Assembly (NCBI GenBank): GCA_050012255.1
Contig: JBEKHN010000004.1
Coordinates: 58,267-122,266, forward strand
DNA from: Candidatus Bathyarchaeia archaeon
GTDB lineage: Archaea; Thermoproteota; Bathyarchaeia; Bathyarchaeales; Bathycorpusculaceae
DNA length: 64,000 bases
Reading direction: 5' to 3'
The position numbers and the translations under genes are program-made. Positions 20,005 to 29,453 of this stretch are shown one piece after another (within the stretch, counting starts at the first letter, position 1; every line of letters starts with the position of its first letter). Under the pieces are notes generated by a model, which was not told the origin of the DNA, made no database searches, and saw nothing but the letters and a program-made list of their open reading frames with translations.

Positions 20005-21225
20005 ATGAGTGAAAAATGCGTGTCTGCCGTAACGATCAACCAAGACTACTGTAGCAAGTGTTCCATTTGCCATTCCGTCTGTCCTTACGAAGCCATAAAG
20101 CGGGACTTGGAAACAGGCAAGGTGGAGATAGACCTACAAAAGTGTCAGGTCTGTGGCATATGTTACAGCGCCTGTCCTGTTATGGCGATACAGATAGTCT
20201 ACTATGACTATGACAGCCTCGTCAAATACGTGAAGGCCATGAGGGAAAAATGCAGGAGCGACACGCTTGTCCTGATGTGCAGGGGAAACTCGCCGTCAAC
20301 GTGCGAGGTTGAAGAAATCCTCCAAGAGCAATGCTTGAAAACGAAAAAGTACGTCCCGTTGCGCCTGCCTTGTGCTGGACGAATCCCCGCCGAGTTTGTG
20401 TTTAAAGTCTTGAAGAGTGGCATAAAGAAAGTTGTGTCCATTCAGTGCGAGGACAGTTTCTGCCGTTTCAAAGAGGGCACCAAAATAAGCACCAGAAAGC
20501 TGCTCCTCGGCAGGGGGGTTCTTGAACAGCTCGGCTTGCCCAGAGACGCCTTCAAAGTGATAAAGCACTCTAGGAAAGCGGTTTACGACACGACAAAATG
20601 CGTGGGCTGCGACAAGTGCGTGTTCATCTGCCCCTACAAAGCAATAGAGGCAGAACCGTTCGCAACACCGAGAATACTTAGCGAAAAGTGCATGGGCTGT
20701 GGAGCATGCGCTCTAGTCTGTCCGCACGAGGCTATTGAAATCAAGGGTTTCGAGTTTGAAAACGTTCTGAAACGCTACACAGAATCTGCTAAGAAGCTGA
20801 AAGAAGCAGGCATATCGCCGTTGGTTCTAGTCTTCGCGTGCCAATGGTCAGAGTTCCAAGCCTTGGATGGTCTTGAAGACCATTTATTCAAGAGAAAAGC
20901 GGTAACGATGGAGATTCCCTGCTTCAAAGCACTCGACCCAATTCACGTTATCAACGCGTTGCAAAACGGTTTTGACGGAGTGATCGCCGCCGTGTGCCCA
21001 CCAGAAGACTGCAAGCTTCAGGAAGGAAAGGACACCGCCGAAAGAAACGTCACTGTACTAAATAACGCTTTAAAGAAAATGGGCCTGCTCGAACGCTTCG
21101 AACTTTTCACAACTTCTCCGCGATGCGTCGGCGAATTCAACGAGAAACTGAACGAGTTCTACGAGAAGATAGCTTTGATGCCGCCTCTGAAGTTAGAAGC
21201 AGTAGAGGCAAAAGCCCATGTATGA
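20005..21225 (+). CDS. Tandem (ferredoxin + MvhD/FlpD-like)x2 Fe-S protein
   Basis: Four CxxCxxCxxxCP motifs in two pairs, each pair followed by an MvhD-like domain (MCRG..PCAGRI..QCEDSFC and FACQWS..PCFKALDP..VCPPEDC). Confidence 0.8.
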   Translation: MSEKCVSAVTINQDYCSKCSICHSVCPYEAIKRDLETGKVEIDLQKCQVCGICYSACPVMAIQIVYYDYDSLVKYVKAMREKCRSDTLVLMCRGNSPSTCEVEEILQEQCLKTKKYVPLRLPCAGRIPAEFVFKVLKSGIKKVVSIQCEDSFCRFKEGTKISTRKLLLGRGVLEQLGLPRDAFKVIKHSRKAVYDTTKCVGCDKCVFICPYKAIEAEPFATPRILSEKCMGCGACALVCPHEAIEIKGFEFENVLKRYTESAKKLKEAGISPLVLVFACQWSEFQALDGLEDHLFKRKAVTMEIPCFKALDPIHVINALQNGFDGVIAAVCPPEDCKLQEGKDTAERNVTVLNNALKKMGLLERFELFTTSPRCVGEFNEKLNEFYEKIALMPPLKLEAVEAKAHV

Positions 21226-22057
21226 AATCATATCAGAGAAAGAGCTTGCCCCGAAAATCAAGCTCTTTGAGGTTCACGCTCCAGAAATTGCTGAAAAGAC
21301 GCGCCCTGGACAATTCATAATGCTCATGATACACGAAAAGGGCGAACGCATACCACTAAACATAGCTGGCTACGACACGAAGAAGGGAACAGTGAGCATC
21401 GCTTTCAACGAAGTCGGTAAAACGACAAAACAGCTGGGATGCCTGAAAATAGGCGACTGCATACAGAGCATAACGGGACCGCTCGGAAACCCTTCAGAAA
21501 TAAGAAAGTTCGGTAACGTCCTGTGCGTTGCGGGAGGCGTGATGGTCGCACCGATGCTGTTGCTGGTTCAAGCGCTTCGCGAAAAGGGTAACAGGGTGAC
21601 CACGGTGGTCGGTGCGAGAATCAAGGACCTACTCTTCTATGAGGAAGAGATGAAGAGCCTCAGCGTCAAGTCTTACGTGGCGACCGATGATGGTTCAAAG
21701 GGCTTCAAGGGCTTCGATTTTCTCAAGCGTGTTCTTGAAAAGGAGAAGTTTGACCGTTGCGTGGCTTGGGGACCCGTTGTGATGATGAAAAACGTGTCGG
21801 AAATAACAAAACCTCACAGCCTGCCTACGATTGTCACCTTGTCGCCGATAATGATCGACGGGATGGGCATGTGCGGCGTGTGCCGCGTCACAGTGAACGG
21901 AAAAATGAAATTCGGGTGCTTTGACGGGCCAGAATTCGACGGTCACATGGTAGATTTTGACCAGCTGATAAACAGGCAGAGGATGTTCCTGCCAGAAGAG
22001 AGGCTGAGCTCACTCGTGTGGGAAATGCAAGGAAGCTGCGCACGTGGCCGAAAGTAA
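21218..22057 (+). CDS. nfnA: NfnA/SudB-like FAD/NAD-binding [2Fe-2S] subunit
   Basis: PGQFI...GERIPL, GPLGNP, GPVVMMK, DGMGMCGVCRV, CFDGPEFD. Confidence 0.88.
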   Translation: MYEIISEKELAPKIKLFEVHAPEIAEKTRPGQFIMLMIHEKGERIPLNIAGYDTKKGTVSIAFNEVGKTTKQLGCLKIGDCIQSITGPLGNPSEIRKFGNVLCVAGGVMVAPMLLLVQALREKGNRVTTVVGARIKDLLFYEEEMKSLSVKSYVATDDGSKGFKGFDFLKRVLEKEKFDRCVAWGPVVMMKNVSEITKPHSLPTIVTLSPIMIDGMGMCGVCRVTVNGKMKFGCFDGPEFDGHMVDFDQLINRQRMFLPEERLSSLVWEMQGSCARGRK

Positions 22058-23453
22058 ACCGAAGCCAAGAGTCAAGAAAGAAGCCGAGCCGATGCCCAAG
22101 CAGAAGCCAGCAGTCCGTAGGAAAAACTTCAACGAGGTTGCATTGGGCTACACCGAGGAGCAGGCCAAAGCAGAAGCAAACCGGTGTTTGCAATGCGCAA
22201 AACCGCAGTGCGTGGCAGGCTGCCCGGTGGAAATAGACATCCCAGACTTCATCAGGCTACTCAGAGAAGGAAAATGCGAAGAGGCTGCAAAGAAGCTCAA
22301 GGAAAAAAACAGTCTGCCAGCGATCTGCGGGCGCGTGTGCCCACAAGAAGACCAGTGTCAGAAATTATGTGTCCTCGGGAAAGTTGGCGAACCCGTAAGT
22401 ATCGGCAGGCTAGAACGTTGGTTGGCCGATTGGGAGAGAGAAACAGGCAACGTCAAGGTTCCAGAGAAAACAGGGTCCACAGGCAAGAAGGTCGCCGTAG
22501 TCGGTGCTGGCCCGGCTGGACTTACCGCTGCAGCTGACTTGGCAAAGCTTGGGCACGAGGTCGTTGTTTTTGAGGCGCTCCACTTGCCAGGAGGCGTGCT
22601 TGTCTACGGCATTCCCGAGTTCCGATTGCCGAAGAGAATAGTTCAGGCAGAAGCTGATTACGTTCAGAAATTAGGTGTCGAGCTTCGCCTAGGGTACTTG
22701 GTCGGCAGGGTCTACACGATTCCAGAGCTGCTCAAGAAGAAGGGTTTTGAAGCGGTCTTCATAGGTACGGGCGCCGGTTTGCCTGCTTTTCTAGGCGTGC
22801 CCGGAGAAGACCTGGGCGGAATCTACTCTGCCAACGAGTTTTTGATCCGAGTGAACCTGATGAAAGCTTACGCGTTTCCAGAGTATGACACGCCTATAAG
22901 GATCGGAAAACACGTCGTTGTCATCGGCGGAGGCAACGTGGCCATGGACTCTGCCCGGTCTGCACTGCGTCTAGGCGCTGAAGAAGTCTGCATTGTCTAT
23001 CGACGCTCAAGGGAAGAGATGCCTGCTCGGCACGAGGAGATCGAGAACGCTGAGGAAGAGGGCATAGTGTGCAAGTTCTTAGCCAACCCAACTAGGTTCT
23101 ACGGCGACGAGAAAGGCTGGGTCAAATCCATGGAGTGCATCTGCATGGAACTCGGCCCCCCAGACGAGTCTGGCAGAAGAAGACCCGTTCCAATAAAGGG
23201 TTCAGAGTTCATCATCGAAACTGACACGGTGATAGTTGCCGTTGGAAGAAATCCCAACCCCATCGTGCAGAGCACGACCGAAGGGTTGGCGGTCACCAAA
23301 TGGGGAACGATAGTCACAGATGAGAATGGCAAGACCAGCCTTGAAGGCGTCTACGCTGGCGGCGACATAGTCACGGGCGAGGCAACCGTGATAAGCGCCA
23401 TGGGCGCTGGTAAGAAGGCGGCAAAAGCCATAGACGAATATCTTAAAAAATGA
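22044..23453 (+). CDS. nfnB: NfnB/SudA-like (GltD-family) NADPH-dependent flavoprotein
   Basis: RCLQC...CVAGCPV, GRVCPQEDQC, IGRLER, GAGPAG, YGIPEFRLP, GGGNVAMD, YRRS; adjacent to nfnA, with no glutamate synthase large subunit. Confidence 0.88.
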   Translation: MAESKPKPRVKKEAEPMPKQKPAVRRKNFNEVALGYTEEQAKAEANRCLQCAKPQCVAGCPVEIDIPDFIRLLREGKCEEAAKKLKEKNSLPAICGRVCPQEDQCQKLCVLGKVGEPVSIGRLERWLADWERETGNVKVPEKTGSTGKKVAVVGAGPAGLTAAADLAKLGHEVVVFEALHLPGGVLVYGIPEFRLPKRIVQAEADYVQKLGVELRLGYLVGRVYTIPELLKKKGFEAVFIGTGAGLPAFLGVPGEDLGGIYSANEFLIRVNLMKAYAFPEYDTPIRIGKHVVVIGGGNVAMDSARSALRLGAEEVCIVYRRSREEMPARHEEIENAEEEGIVCKFLANPTRFYGDEKGWVKSMECICMELGPPDESGRRRPVPIKGSEFIIETDTVIVAVGRNPNPIVQSTTEGLAVTKWGTIVTDENGKTSLEGVYAGGDIVTGEATVISAMGAGKKAAKAIDEYLKK

Positions 23454-23554
23454 ACAGACTGTTCCCTAGCTAGCCCCCGCAGTTTTAGCCCCTCCGGTCG
23501 TTGGTGTTGCAATCCTTTGGCACTAAAAGGTCATCTGACAAGCTTCAAATGGAC

Positions 23555-23749
23555 TTATATTTCACGGATTTCGCATTGAAGCTTCTTGATTATTTCCTCA
23601 GCTTTCAACGGCTCAACTTTCAACGTGTAAAGCCTGCTCGGCGTGCGCAGCTTCAGCTTCACAACATCCTTCAGTCTCTTCACGGCACAATAGTGTGCAC
23701 GCTCGCTTATGGCGACGAATCGTTCGGCATCAACGATTTCAGCAGGCAC
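23555..23749 (-). CDS. rpl38e: Large ribosomal subunit protein eL38 (L38e)
   Basis: MPAEI...F...KR...VKLKLRTPSRLYTLKV...AE.I: L38e signature K.K.R..R.LYTL. Confidence 0.8.
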   Translation of the reverse strand: MPAEIVDAERFVAISERAHYCAVKRLKDVVKLKLRTPSRLYTLKVEPLKAEEIIKKLQCEIREI

Positions 23750-23795
23750 AGCTTTTCACACCCGTTTAACGCAGTGTTGGTTCATACACGAGTTC

Positions 23796-24701
23796 TTATC
23801 TGTTTTGGTGACCGCGTGCATTTAGAGGTTCGTCTATTTCCTTGAGCAAAGCTTCAACAGTTTTCTTTTCCTCTCCATTTAGGGGTAACGCTGGTCTGCG
23901 AGGGTAGCCGCCTGGCATTCCTCTCAGTCTCATCGCTTCTTTGATAGCTGAGAGTTGGTTAAACCTTCTAACAAGTATCTCGTTTGCAAAGGTTATGCGG
24001 TTTTGCAGTCTGCTTGCTTCTTCGTATTGGCCCTTCTTGAAAGCTTTGTACAATCGACTGCACAGCGTTGGGAACACGTTTGCAACTGCTATCACTGCGC
24101 CTCTGCCTCCGGCTAGAAGTGTTGGAAGCGCGATGTCGGCTGTGCCGGCTAGGACGGAAAGCCTGTTACCCACCAATCTCATGATCTCGCTTATCGTGCC
24201 AAGGCTTCCGCTGCTGTCCTTCACTCCGATTACGCTTTGGTTTTCAGACGCGAGTTTATGAATGGAAGCTGGTTCGAGAGAAAAGCCTGTGAACTTTGGA
24301 ACGTTGTAGACAACTATCGGAAGGTCGACAGCCTCAGAGACTGTCCTGTAGTGTTCATGAATTTCTCTGTTTGTGAGTCTGAAATAGAAGGGTGTCACTA
24401 TCAGCGCGGCATCCACGCCCAGGTCAGCCGCATCCTTGGTAAACGCAATGGTTTCTTGCGTGCTCATGCTACCCGTGCCCGCGACTACCGGAACCTTTCC
24501 ATTGGCCTCATCCAGAACGGTTTCAATGACCTTTGCTCTCTCTTGGCGCGTAAGGTAAGGGGCTTCGCCGTTGCTTCCACACGGAACTAATCCTGAAACG
24601 CCACCTTGCAGCCAAAACCTCACACACGTCCTTAATGCCTTGACGTCGAATTGACCTCCACGCGTGAAAGGTGTCACGTGAGGCACAAATATCCCGTCCA
24701 A
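23796..24701 (-). CDS. dapA: Dihydrodipicolinate synthase family protein
   Basis: TPF, GSNGE, TPFY, YNVP, GVKDSSG; GSNGE instead of GTTGE leaves the substrate uncertain. Confidence 0.8.
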   Translation of the reverse strand: MDGIFVPHVTPFTRGGQFDVKALRTCVRFWLQGGVSGLVPCGSNGEAPYLTRQERAKVIETVLDEANGKVPVVAGTGSMSTQETIAFTKDAADLGVDAALIVTPFYFRLTNREIHEHYRTVSEAVDLPIVVYNVPKFTGFSLEPASIHKLASENQSVIGVKDSSGSLGTISEIMRLVGNRLSVLAGTADIALPTLLAGGRGAVIAVANVFPTLCSRLYKAFKKGQYEEASRLQNRITFANEILVRRFNQLSAIKEAMRLRGMPGGYPRRPALPLNGEEKKTVEALLKEIDEPLNARGHQNR

Positions 24702-24989
24702 AACCAGTTTAGCTATAGTCTTGCCTCCAAGGTGCTCACATGCAAACGTCGCTATATAAGCCTGCGACCTTCAGATTTTCTTTTCAGCAGAGGAGAAAGC
24801 TCTCCTGCAAAGCAAATCGAACTTGAACCAGCAAGCGTGTGCAAGGAGGTGGCGGCCCATTCGCCTATGCTCAGACCGCACGCGATGCTTCATGTCCACG
24901 TTACAGTTGCGCGGCTTGCCTTCTTGCCGTATGAAATGAAAAGCTTGCGAATGCATCATGCCAATTCAAAGTGAGCACTGATCGATGAT

Positions 24990-25658
24990 TTAGTCTTCCT
25001 GCTGGATCTCACCCTTGGAAAGACTTAGAATGATTATTCCTAGGAGGGTCACTAGACCTGAGAGACCCGTGAGGTACAATAGAAACTCTGGCAAAAGGCC
25101 TCCGAGCAATGACCACACAAGAAGCAAGAGACCAATTGCGAAGCCGGTTCCCGCCAAGACCGTTATCAGAATCACGAACAACGTTCCCGTGAAGCCAAGC
25201 TGGATCGGAGTTCTTCCAATCGCACGAGAAACTATCCAATAGCTGCCCACAGCCTTTGCAACGTATCCGTCGATGAAACAGTAGATTATGAAAAGAACTA
25301 TCGTCGTAGGCAAGCTTGCCGCGTACAATCTTATGATGAATGATGGGATAGACACTACGAGGAATGCAATGGCTAGCGCAAACCCGTGAACCAGCAAGCT
25401 TTCCCAATCATCATTCACTTGAATGCTCCATATGCTGTCCATCAAAAACTTGTTGACTGCACCCAAAACAAGGAATAAGATGAGAAAGCCGATTATCAAG
25501 CCTATGAGAGCAGCGAAGACGACTAGGCCCAGAAGAATGACACCTAATACGATACCAATAATCAGTCCAAATATGCTGAACAGAAGCCCATGCACAAAAT
25601 ATCTTGGCAGTAGATATCTCAAAAGGGACCCTTTCGAGTTTTCTTCAACCATTTTCAA
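24990..25658 (-). CDS. Hypothetical multi-pass membrane protein
   Basis: 222 aa with about 6 hydrophobic helices. Confidence 0.65.
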   Translation of the reverse strand: MKMVEENSKGSLLRYLLPRYFVHGLLFSIFGLIIGIVLGVILLGLVVFAALIGLIIGFLILFLVLGAVNKFLMDSIWSIQVNDDWESLLVHGFALAIAFLVVSIPSFIIRLYAASLPTTIVLFIIYCFIDGYVAKAVGSYWIVSRAIGRTPIQLGFTGTLFVILITVLAGTGFAIGLLLLVWSLLGGLLPEFLLYLTGLSGLVTLLGIIILSLSKGEIQQED

Positions 25659-25903
25659 GCACCTAGCACGCGCCTATTACTTCTTGATGGCACAAACCAA
25701 AAAACACTAAAGCAATATAAAGCAAGAGTCAACCCTCAAACTATTCTTGATCACCTATTGCCGCCCTCAACCGTGCGATTGAAGCACAGTTCATTCAACC
25801 TGAAAGCTAATATTTGAACTTAACGCGAATTCTGTCATTAGAACAGGCTGTTCGCATGCATACAAATGCGCGCTAGAAGCTTCTTCCGATAGAAAAGGTT
25901 CTT

Positions 25904-25981
25904 TGGTGGGCCGGACCGGACTCGAACCGGCGACCTTCTGCACGTCAAGCAGATGTCCTAACCGAGCTAGACTACCGGCCC
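25904..25981 (-). tRNA. tRNA-Val(GAC), CCA encoded
   Basis: Reverse complement GGGCCGG...TCTGC TTGACGT GCAGA...GTTCGAGTC...CCGGCCC A CCA forms a cloverleaf. Confidence 0.95.
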
Positions 25982-26033
25982 CGGATTTTTCTCTCAGAAG
26001 ACAACGCTTAGTAATAGATATAGAGCTTTCGGA

Positions 26034-26621
26034 TTACTTTTGCACGCTGGTCTCCTTGTTTTTCGCCATGGCAGACATATACTTGGAGATGTAGGAGAAC
26101 GTGAAGGGGCGATACTGAACCTTATCTGTCAAGTCTATCAGGAAGCTTTGAAGACTGTAGACGTCGGCGTGTGGAAACTGTTTTATCCCTTCAAGCATTT
26201 CCAAAAATGATGAATAGTCTTCGTGAATTGAGACTACGGCAACGTCGTACCCCAAGCCCATTCCTCTCAGCGCGAGGACGCTCTTCATTCCCCTTTTTTC
26301 GGCTATTTCTTTGCCCAGCTCCATCAGCTTTTCAAGCTCTTCAGCGGACACGTCCTTCGGACGCTTGATGAAGGTCATGGCCATTATCTTGAAGCCGAGT
26401 TTCTCGAAATTGGGTATTATAGTGTACTCTCTGACGTAGCCTTCTTTCTCCAACCTTCTGAGCGTTCTGGTGACTGTGGGCTGCGAGGTGCCGATTGCCT
26501 TTGCAAGTTCTCTGTCACTTCTTCTACTGTTCTTCAGCAGCTCGGCAAAAAGCTTCAGTTCAACATCCTTCAGAACAATCCCTCCCTGCTTGGTTCGCTC
26601 AATCAAGAATTTCTTCACCAT
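26034..26621 (-). CDS. Lrp/AsnC-family transcriptional regulator
   Basis: ELLKNSRRSDRELAKAIGTSQPTVTRTLRRLEKEGYVREYTIIPNFEKLG. Confidence 0.88.
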   Translation of the reverse strand: MVKKFLIERTKQGGIVLKDVELKLFAELLKNSRRSDRELAKAIGTSQPTVTRTLRRLEKEGYVREYTIIPNFEKLGFKIMAMTFIKRPKDVSAEELEKLMELGKEIAEKRGMKSVLALRGMGLGYDVAVVSIHEDYSSFLEMLEGIKQFPHADVYSLQSFLIDLTDKVQYRPFTFSYISKYMSAMAKNKETSVQK

Positions 26622-26672
26622 GCTTTTAACTTCTTTGCATAACCGCTTCAACCGCCTATTCCAAACGACTGC

Positions 26673-27443
26673 TCAGACAGCCGCCGACTCCATCTTATGG
26701 CCAAAAATTCGGCTCTTCGCCATCGTGACCAAGAATATGAAGGCAGTAATCGTCACGGCATAGAGAAGAATACCCAACAACCAGCTTGTCGGCCCAGCTG
26801 CCCTGCTGGTCTGAAGGAAGAGGCCGATGAACAGAGCGAAGTACCACAAGGCTGAAGACCACGCGATCGGCAGGACCACCGCCAACGCAAAGAGAAACAC
26901 TGAAAGAACCAAGTAGTAGAAGCTGAGGCGCGGCAGAAGCTTCTTTGTCAGCTGGAGGAGTCTCACGTCACCAACACCAAGGCTGCTTCGGCCCTGTATT
27001 GCCCTGATAAGAATCTTAGACTCAGCGTAAACCTCAGGCAACTCTTCCACAACGATCAGGCCCAGTGCCATGATCAACACGAGAAGCGTCAGCAAAAGAC
27101 CTGAATCGATGATCACCAAGAAGAGCGCAGCCGCGCCGAAGCCTAAGACCAGCGGCACGAAGGGCAGCAGACTCAGGAACCTGTGAAAAACCGTTATCTT
27201 TTCGTAGGGGTCGAACACAACAAAGCTCTTGTTGAACACGCTGGCCTCAGAATTCTTTGAAAGACTCTTCAGCTTGCTGAACCTCAGACGCAGAAAGACG
27301 GCCAGAGCCAAGGCTGTCGAACCCATGACAACCAGCGTTGTTGAAGCATAGACAAGGTAGCTGTCCAAGCCAGAAGGCCCCACCAATAGCGACGTTGAAG
27401 TTTTATTAATGCTTGATGCGCCAAAAACACCCGCGCGCGCCAC
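26673..27443 (-). CDS. Hypothetical multi-pass membrane protein
   Basis: About 6 TM segments; start uncertain. Confidence 0.6.
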   Translation of the reverse strand: MARAGVFGASSINKTSTSLLVGPSGLDSYLVYASTTLVVMGSTALALAVFLRLRFSKLKSLSKNSEASVFNKSFVVFDPYEKITVFHRFLSLLPFVPLVLGFGAAALFLVIIDSGLLLTLLVLIMALGLIVVEELPEVYAESKILIRAIQGRSSLGVGDVRLLQLTKKLLPRLSFYYLVLSVFLFALAVVLPIAWSSALWYFALFIGLFLQTSRAAGPTSWLLGILLYAVTITAFIFLVTMAKSRIFGHKMESAAV

Positions 27444-27504
27444 GTAGAAGTATCAGATATGGTGAAAAGACTTTAAGAAACAACAAACGTAACTAGCTAG
27501 AAGT

Positions 27505-27592
27505 GCCGGGATGGCAGAGTGGTTAATGCGCTGGCCTTGAGAGCCAGTGGCCCTTTGGGGCCTCGCGGGTTCAAGTCCCTCTCCCGGCGCCA
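27505..27592 (+). tRNA. tRNA-Ser(TGA), long variable arm, CCA encoded
   Basis: GCCGGGA...CTGGC CTTGAGA GCCAG, variable arm GGCCC TTTG GGGCC, T-loop TTCAAGT, TCCCGGC G CCA; one C:T mismatch in the T stem. Confidence 0.93.
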
Positions 27593-27618
27593 ACAAACCC
27601 GAGCTAGCTGTTTACCAC

Positions 27619-28364
27619 TTAAGCAACTTTTTCGATGATTGCTACGTAACCTGAGTTTTCAGAGTCTATGAATTGGCTTATTTTCCATCCTGTTCCGCTG
27701 ATGAGCTGTTCCATTTCTTCCTTAGAAACGATTAACCATTCAATCCATGTTGTGACTGTTTTTTCGAACCTCACTCTTATCCTTGTCTGTCCGCTTAGTC
27801 TTCCCCTGCTTTTGTTTAGCCTGTGATATTCCAAGTGCAGCGAGTTGTCTGTCTTGTAGGGGTCTCTGGTTTCGGCTATGATAATAGCGTTCTCTGAGGT
27901 TATCCTTCGAAGCCTCTTGAGCAACCTTCTCGCTTTCTTAGGGTTGCCCATAAGGCCGAAGTTGCCGCCGAGCATGAGTATCGTACCAAAAGTGTTGGGT
28001 TTGAAGCTCAGGTTTTCAAGAGACATCACTCTGGCTTTCTTCAGCCCCTCAGTTTGCAGACCTTGACGGCGAGGGGAGAACTGTCGACTCCAACCACGCT
28101 GAAACCCTTTTGCTGCAGGTACAAGGCGTGTCTGCCAGCTCCACAGCCTATGTCTAAGACTCTGCCCTTGACGAAGCCCATCGCTTTCTGCTCGATGAGA
28201 GGCCAGTCCGCGTATTCTGAAAAGTAGACTTTGGGGCTTTGGTGGGCGGAGAAGTAGCCGTCGTCCCTCTCAATTATCTCGTAAATGTTTTGGCCCTTGT
28301 AGCAGGCCCAGAGTTCCTGGCCGAAAGCATCACGCTCACGCTCCACGGTTCTGAGTTTACGCAT
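27619..28364 (-). pseudogene. Class I SAM-dependent methyltransferase, frameshifted
   Basis: N-half has VLDIGCGAGRH; one G missing in the run at 28045-28048 gives a premature TGA; restoring it reads ...KLRGLKKARVMSLENL... into ORF 27619-28029. Confidence 0.8.
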
Positions 28365-28489
28365 AAGCCAAGGATATGGAACTTTCTCACTTTATAATTT
28401 TCGAGTCGGGTTCGACCCGCTAGATCTCACAAAGCGTTTAGTCTATGAAGATGAAGCCTAGAAGCCTCACAAAACTTGGAGAGACGATT

Positions 28490-28797
28490 ATGCATTTGGA
28501 GGAGATGAAGAAGGAAATAGGGAAGCTCGTCTTAGAGAAGGGTTCTACAATAGACCGGAGGACATTCCGAAGAAGCTGCTTTTCGCTTTCATCGAGCTTG
28601 GTCAGGCGAGTAGCGCGTGGAAGGAAGGTGAGAGTGAGGAGAAGGTGGCTGAAGAATTGATCGACGTGATATTTTGTGTTCTTGACGCTGATCGGTTGGC
28701 TTGGTCTTCAGTCAACGTGGACGAGACGTTCCTGAAGAAAATGGAAAAGAACAGGAGTAGACCGTATTAGTACGACCAAGGACACCGTCGCCTATAA
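28490..28797 (+). pseudogene. MazG-like nucleotide pyrophosphohydrolase, frameshifted and with an in-frame stop
   Basis: MHLEEMKKEIGKLVLEK/GFYNRPEDIPKKLLFAFIELGQASSAWK...VAEELIDVIF...FLKKMEKNRSRPY*YDQGHRRL; frameshift near 28541, TAG at 28768. Confidence 0.72.
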
Positions 28798-28832
28798 TGC
28801 ATTACTGTAGCAAATGCACTTGGTAGCGCGGT

Positions 28833-29222
28833 CTATGGTCGATATTCTCTCGAAAACAGTGGGCTCGAGATTATTAGATCTGCTGTCGCTCGGTTGCAGG
28901 CAGTCGGGATGTTGTACAGTACGGCTATTCTGAGAAGGGCCTTGACGTCAACGTCGTGCGGGAGAGATTCCAACGGGTCCCAGAAGAAGATCAGGTAATC
29001 CAATTTCCTGTTAGCTATCAAAGCGCCGAGCTCCATGTCTCCTCCCTGAGAGCCGTCCTTGAGCAAAACGACGTTTAGGCCTGTTTTCTCCATGATTTTT
29101 TTCCCTGTTCCCCCTGTTGCGCAAAGGTTATGAAGTGCCAGTGTCCCCTTGTTGAATTCAACCCACTCCACCAGATCAACCTTCTTATTGTCATGAGCGA
29201 CCAAGGCTATTGTTCTTTTCAA
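28833..29222 (-). CDS. mgsA: Methylglyoxal synthase
   Basis: IALVAHDNKK, ATGGTG, GGD, IFFWDPL...PHDVDVKALLR, ACNRATAD. Confidence 0.93.
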   Translation of the reverse strand: MKRTIALVAHDNKKVDLVEWVEFNKGTLALHNLCATGGTGKKIMEKTGLNVVLLKDGSQGGDMELGALIANRKLDYLIFFWDPLESLPHDVDVKALLRIAVLYNIPTACNRATADLIISSPLFSREYRP

Positions 29223-29453
29223 GCTACATCACACCGGTTCAAACCAAATCGAATACTTCTAACAGCCTTAAACCCTTTGCTGCAACAGTAGCCTTTTCTT
29301 AACCAGAGAAGGCAGGTCAGATATCATTATTGTTCCCAGAAAGAACGTGTTTTCACTCGTGCAATCAAGATTTTGCATGTTTAAACGTGTGGAGCTAGTG
29401 CTTCTTTTCAACCCGCTCAAGCTTGTAGCGCCAACGCGTGCCAGAAGAAATGG

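Noticed and set aside
22044-23453. Glutamate synthase small subunit
   Set aside because: There is no large subunit, and the gene is coupled to an NfnA homolog.
24651-24974. Short ORFs on both strands between dapA and the membrane gene
   Set aside because: No motif, RBS or protein-like composition.
27505-27592. Possible selenocysteine tRNA (TGA seen in the loop)
   Set aside because: Anticodon TGA decodes UCA (Ser); Sec needs anticodon TCA and an extended acceptor stem.
28407-28419. CGGGTTCGACCCG as a tRNA-derived att site
   Set aside because: Only about 7 nt are shared with tRNA-Ser and there is no integrase nearby.
28768-28770. In-frame TAG as pyrrolysine
   Set aside because: The gene is also frameshifted and degenerate, and there are no pyl genes in the window; a nonsense mutation is simpler.
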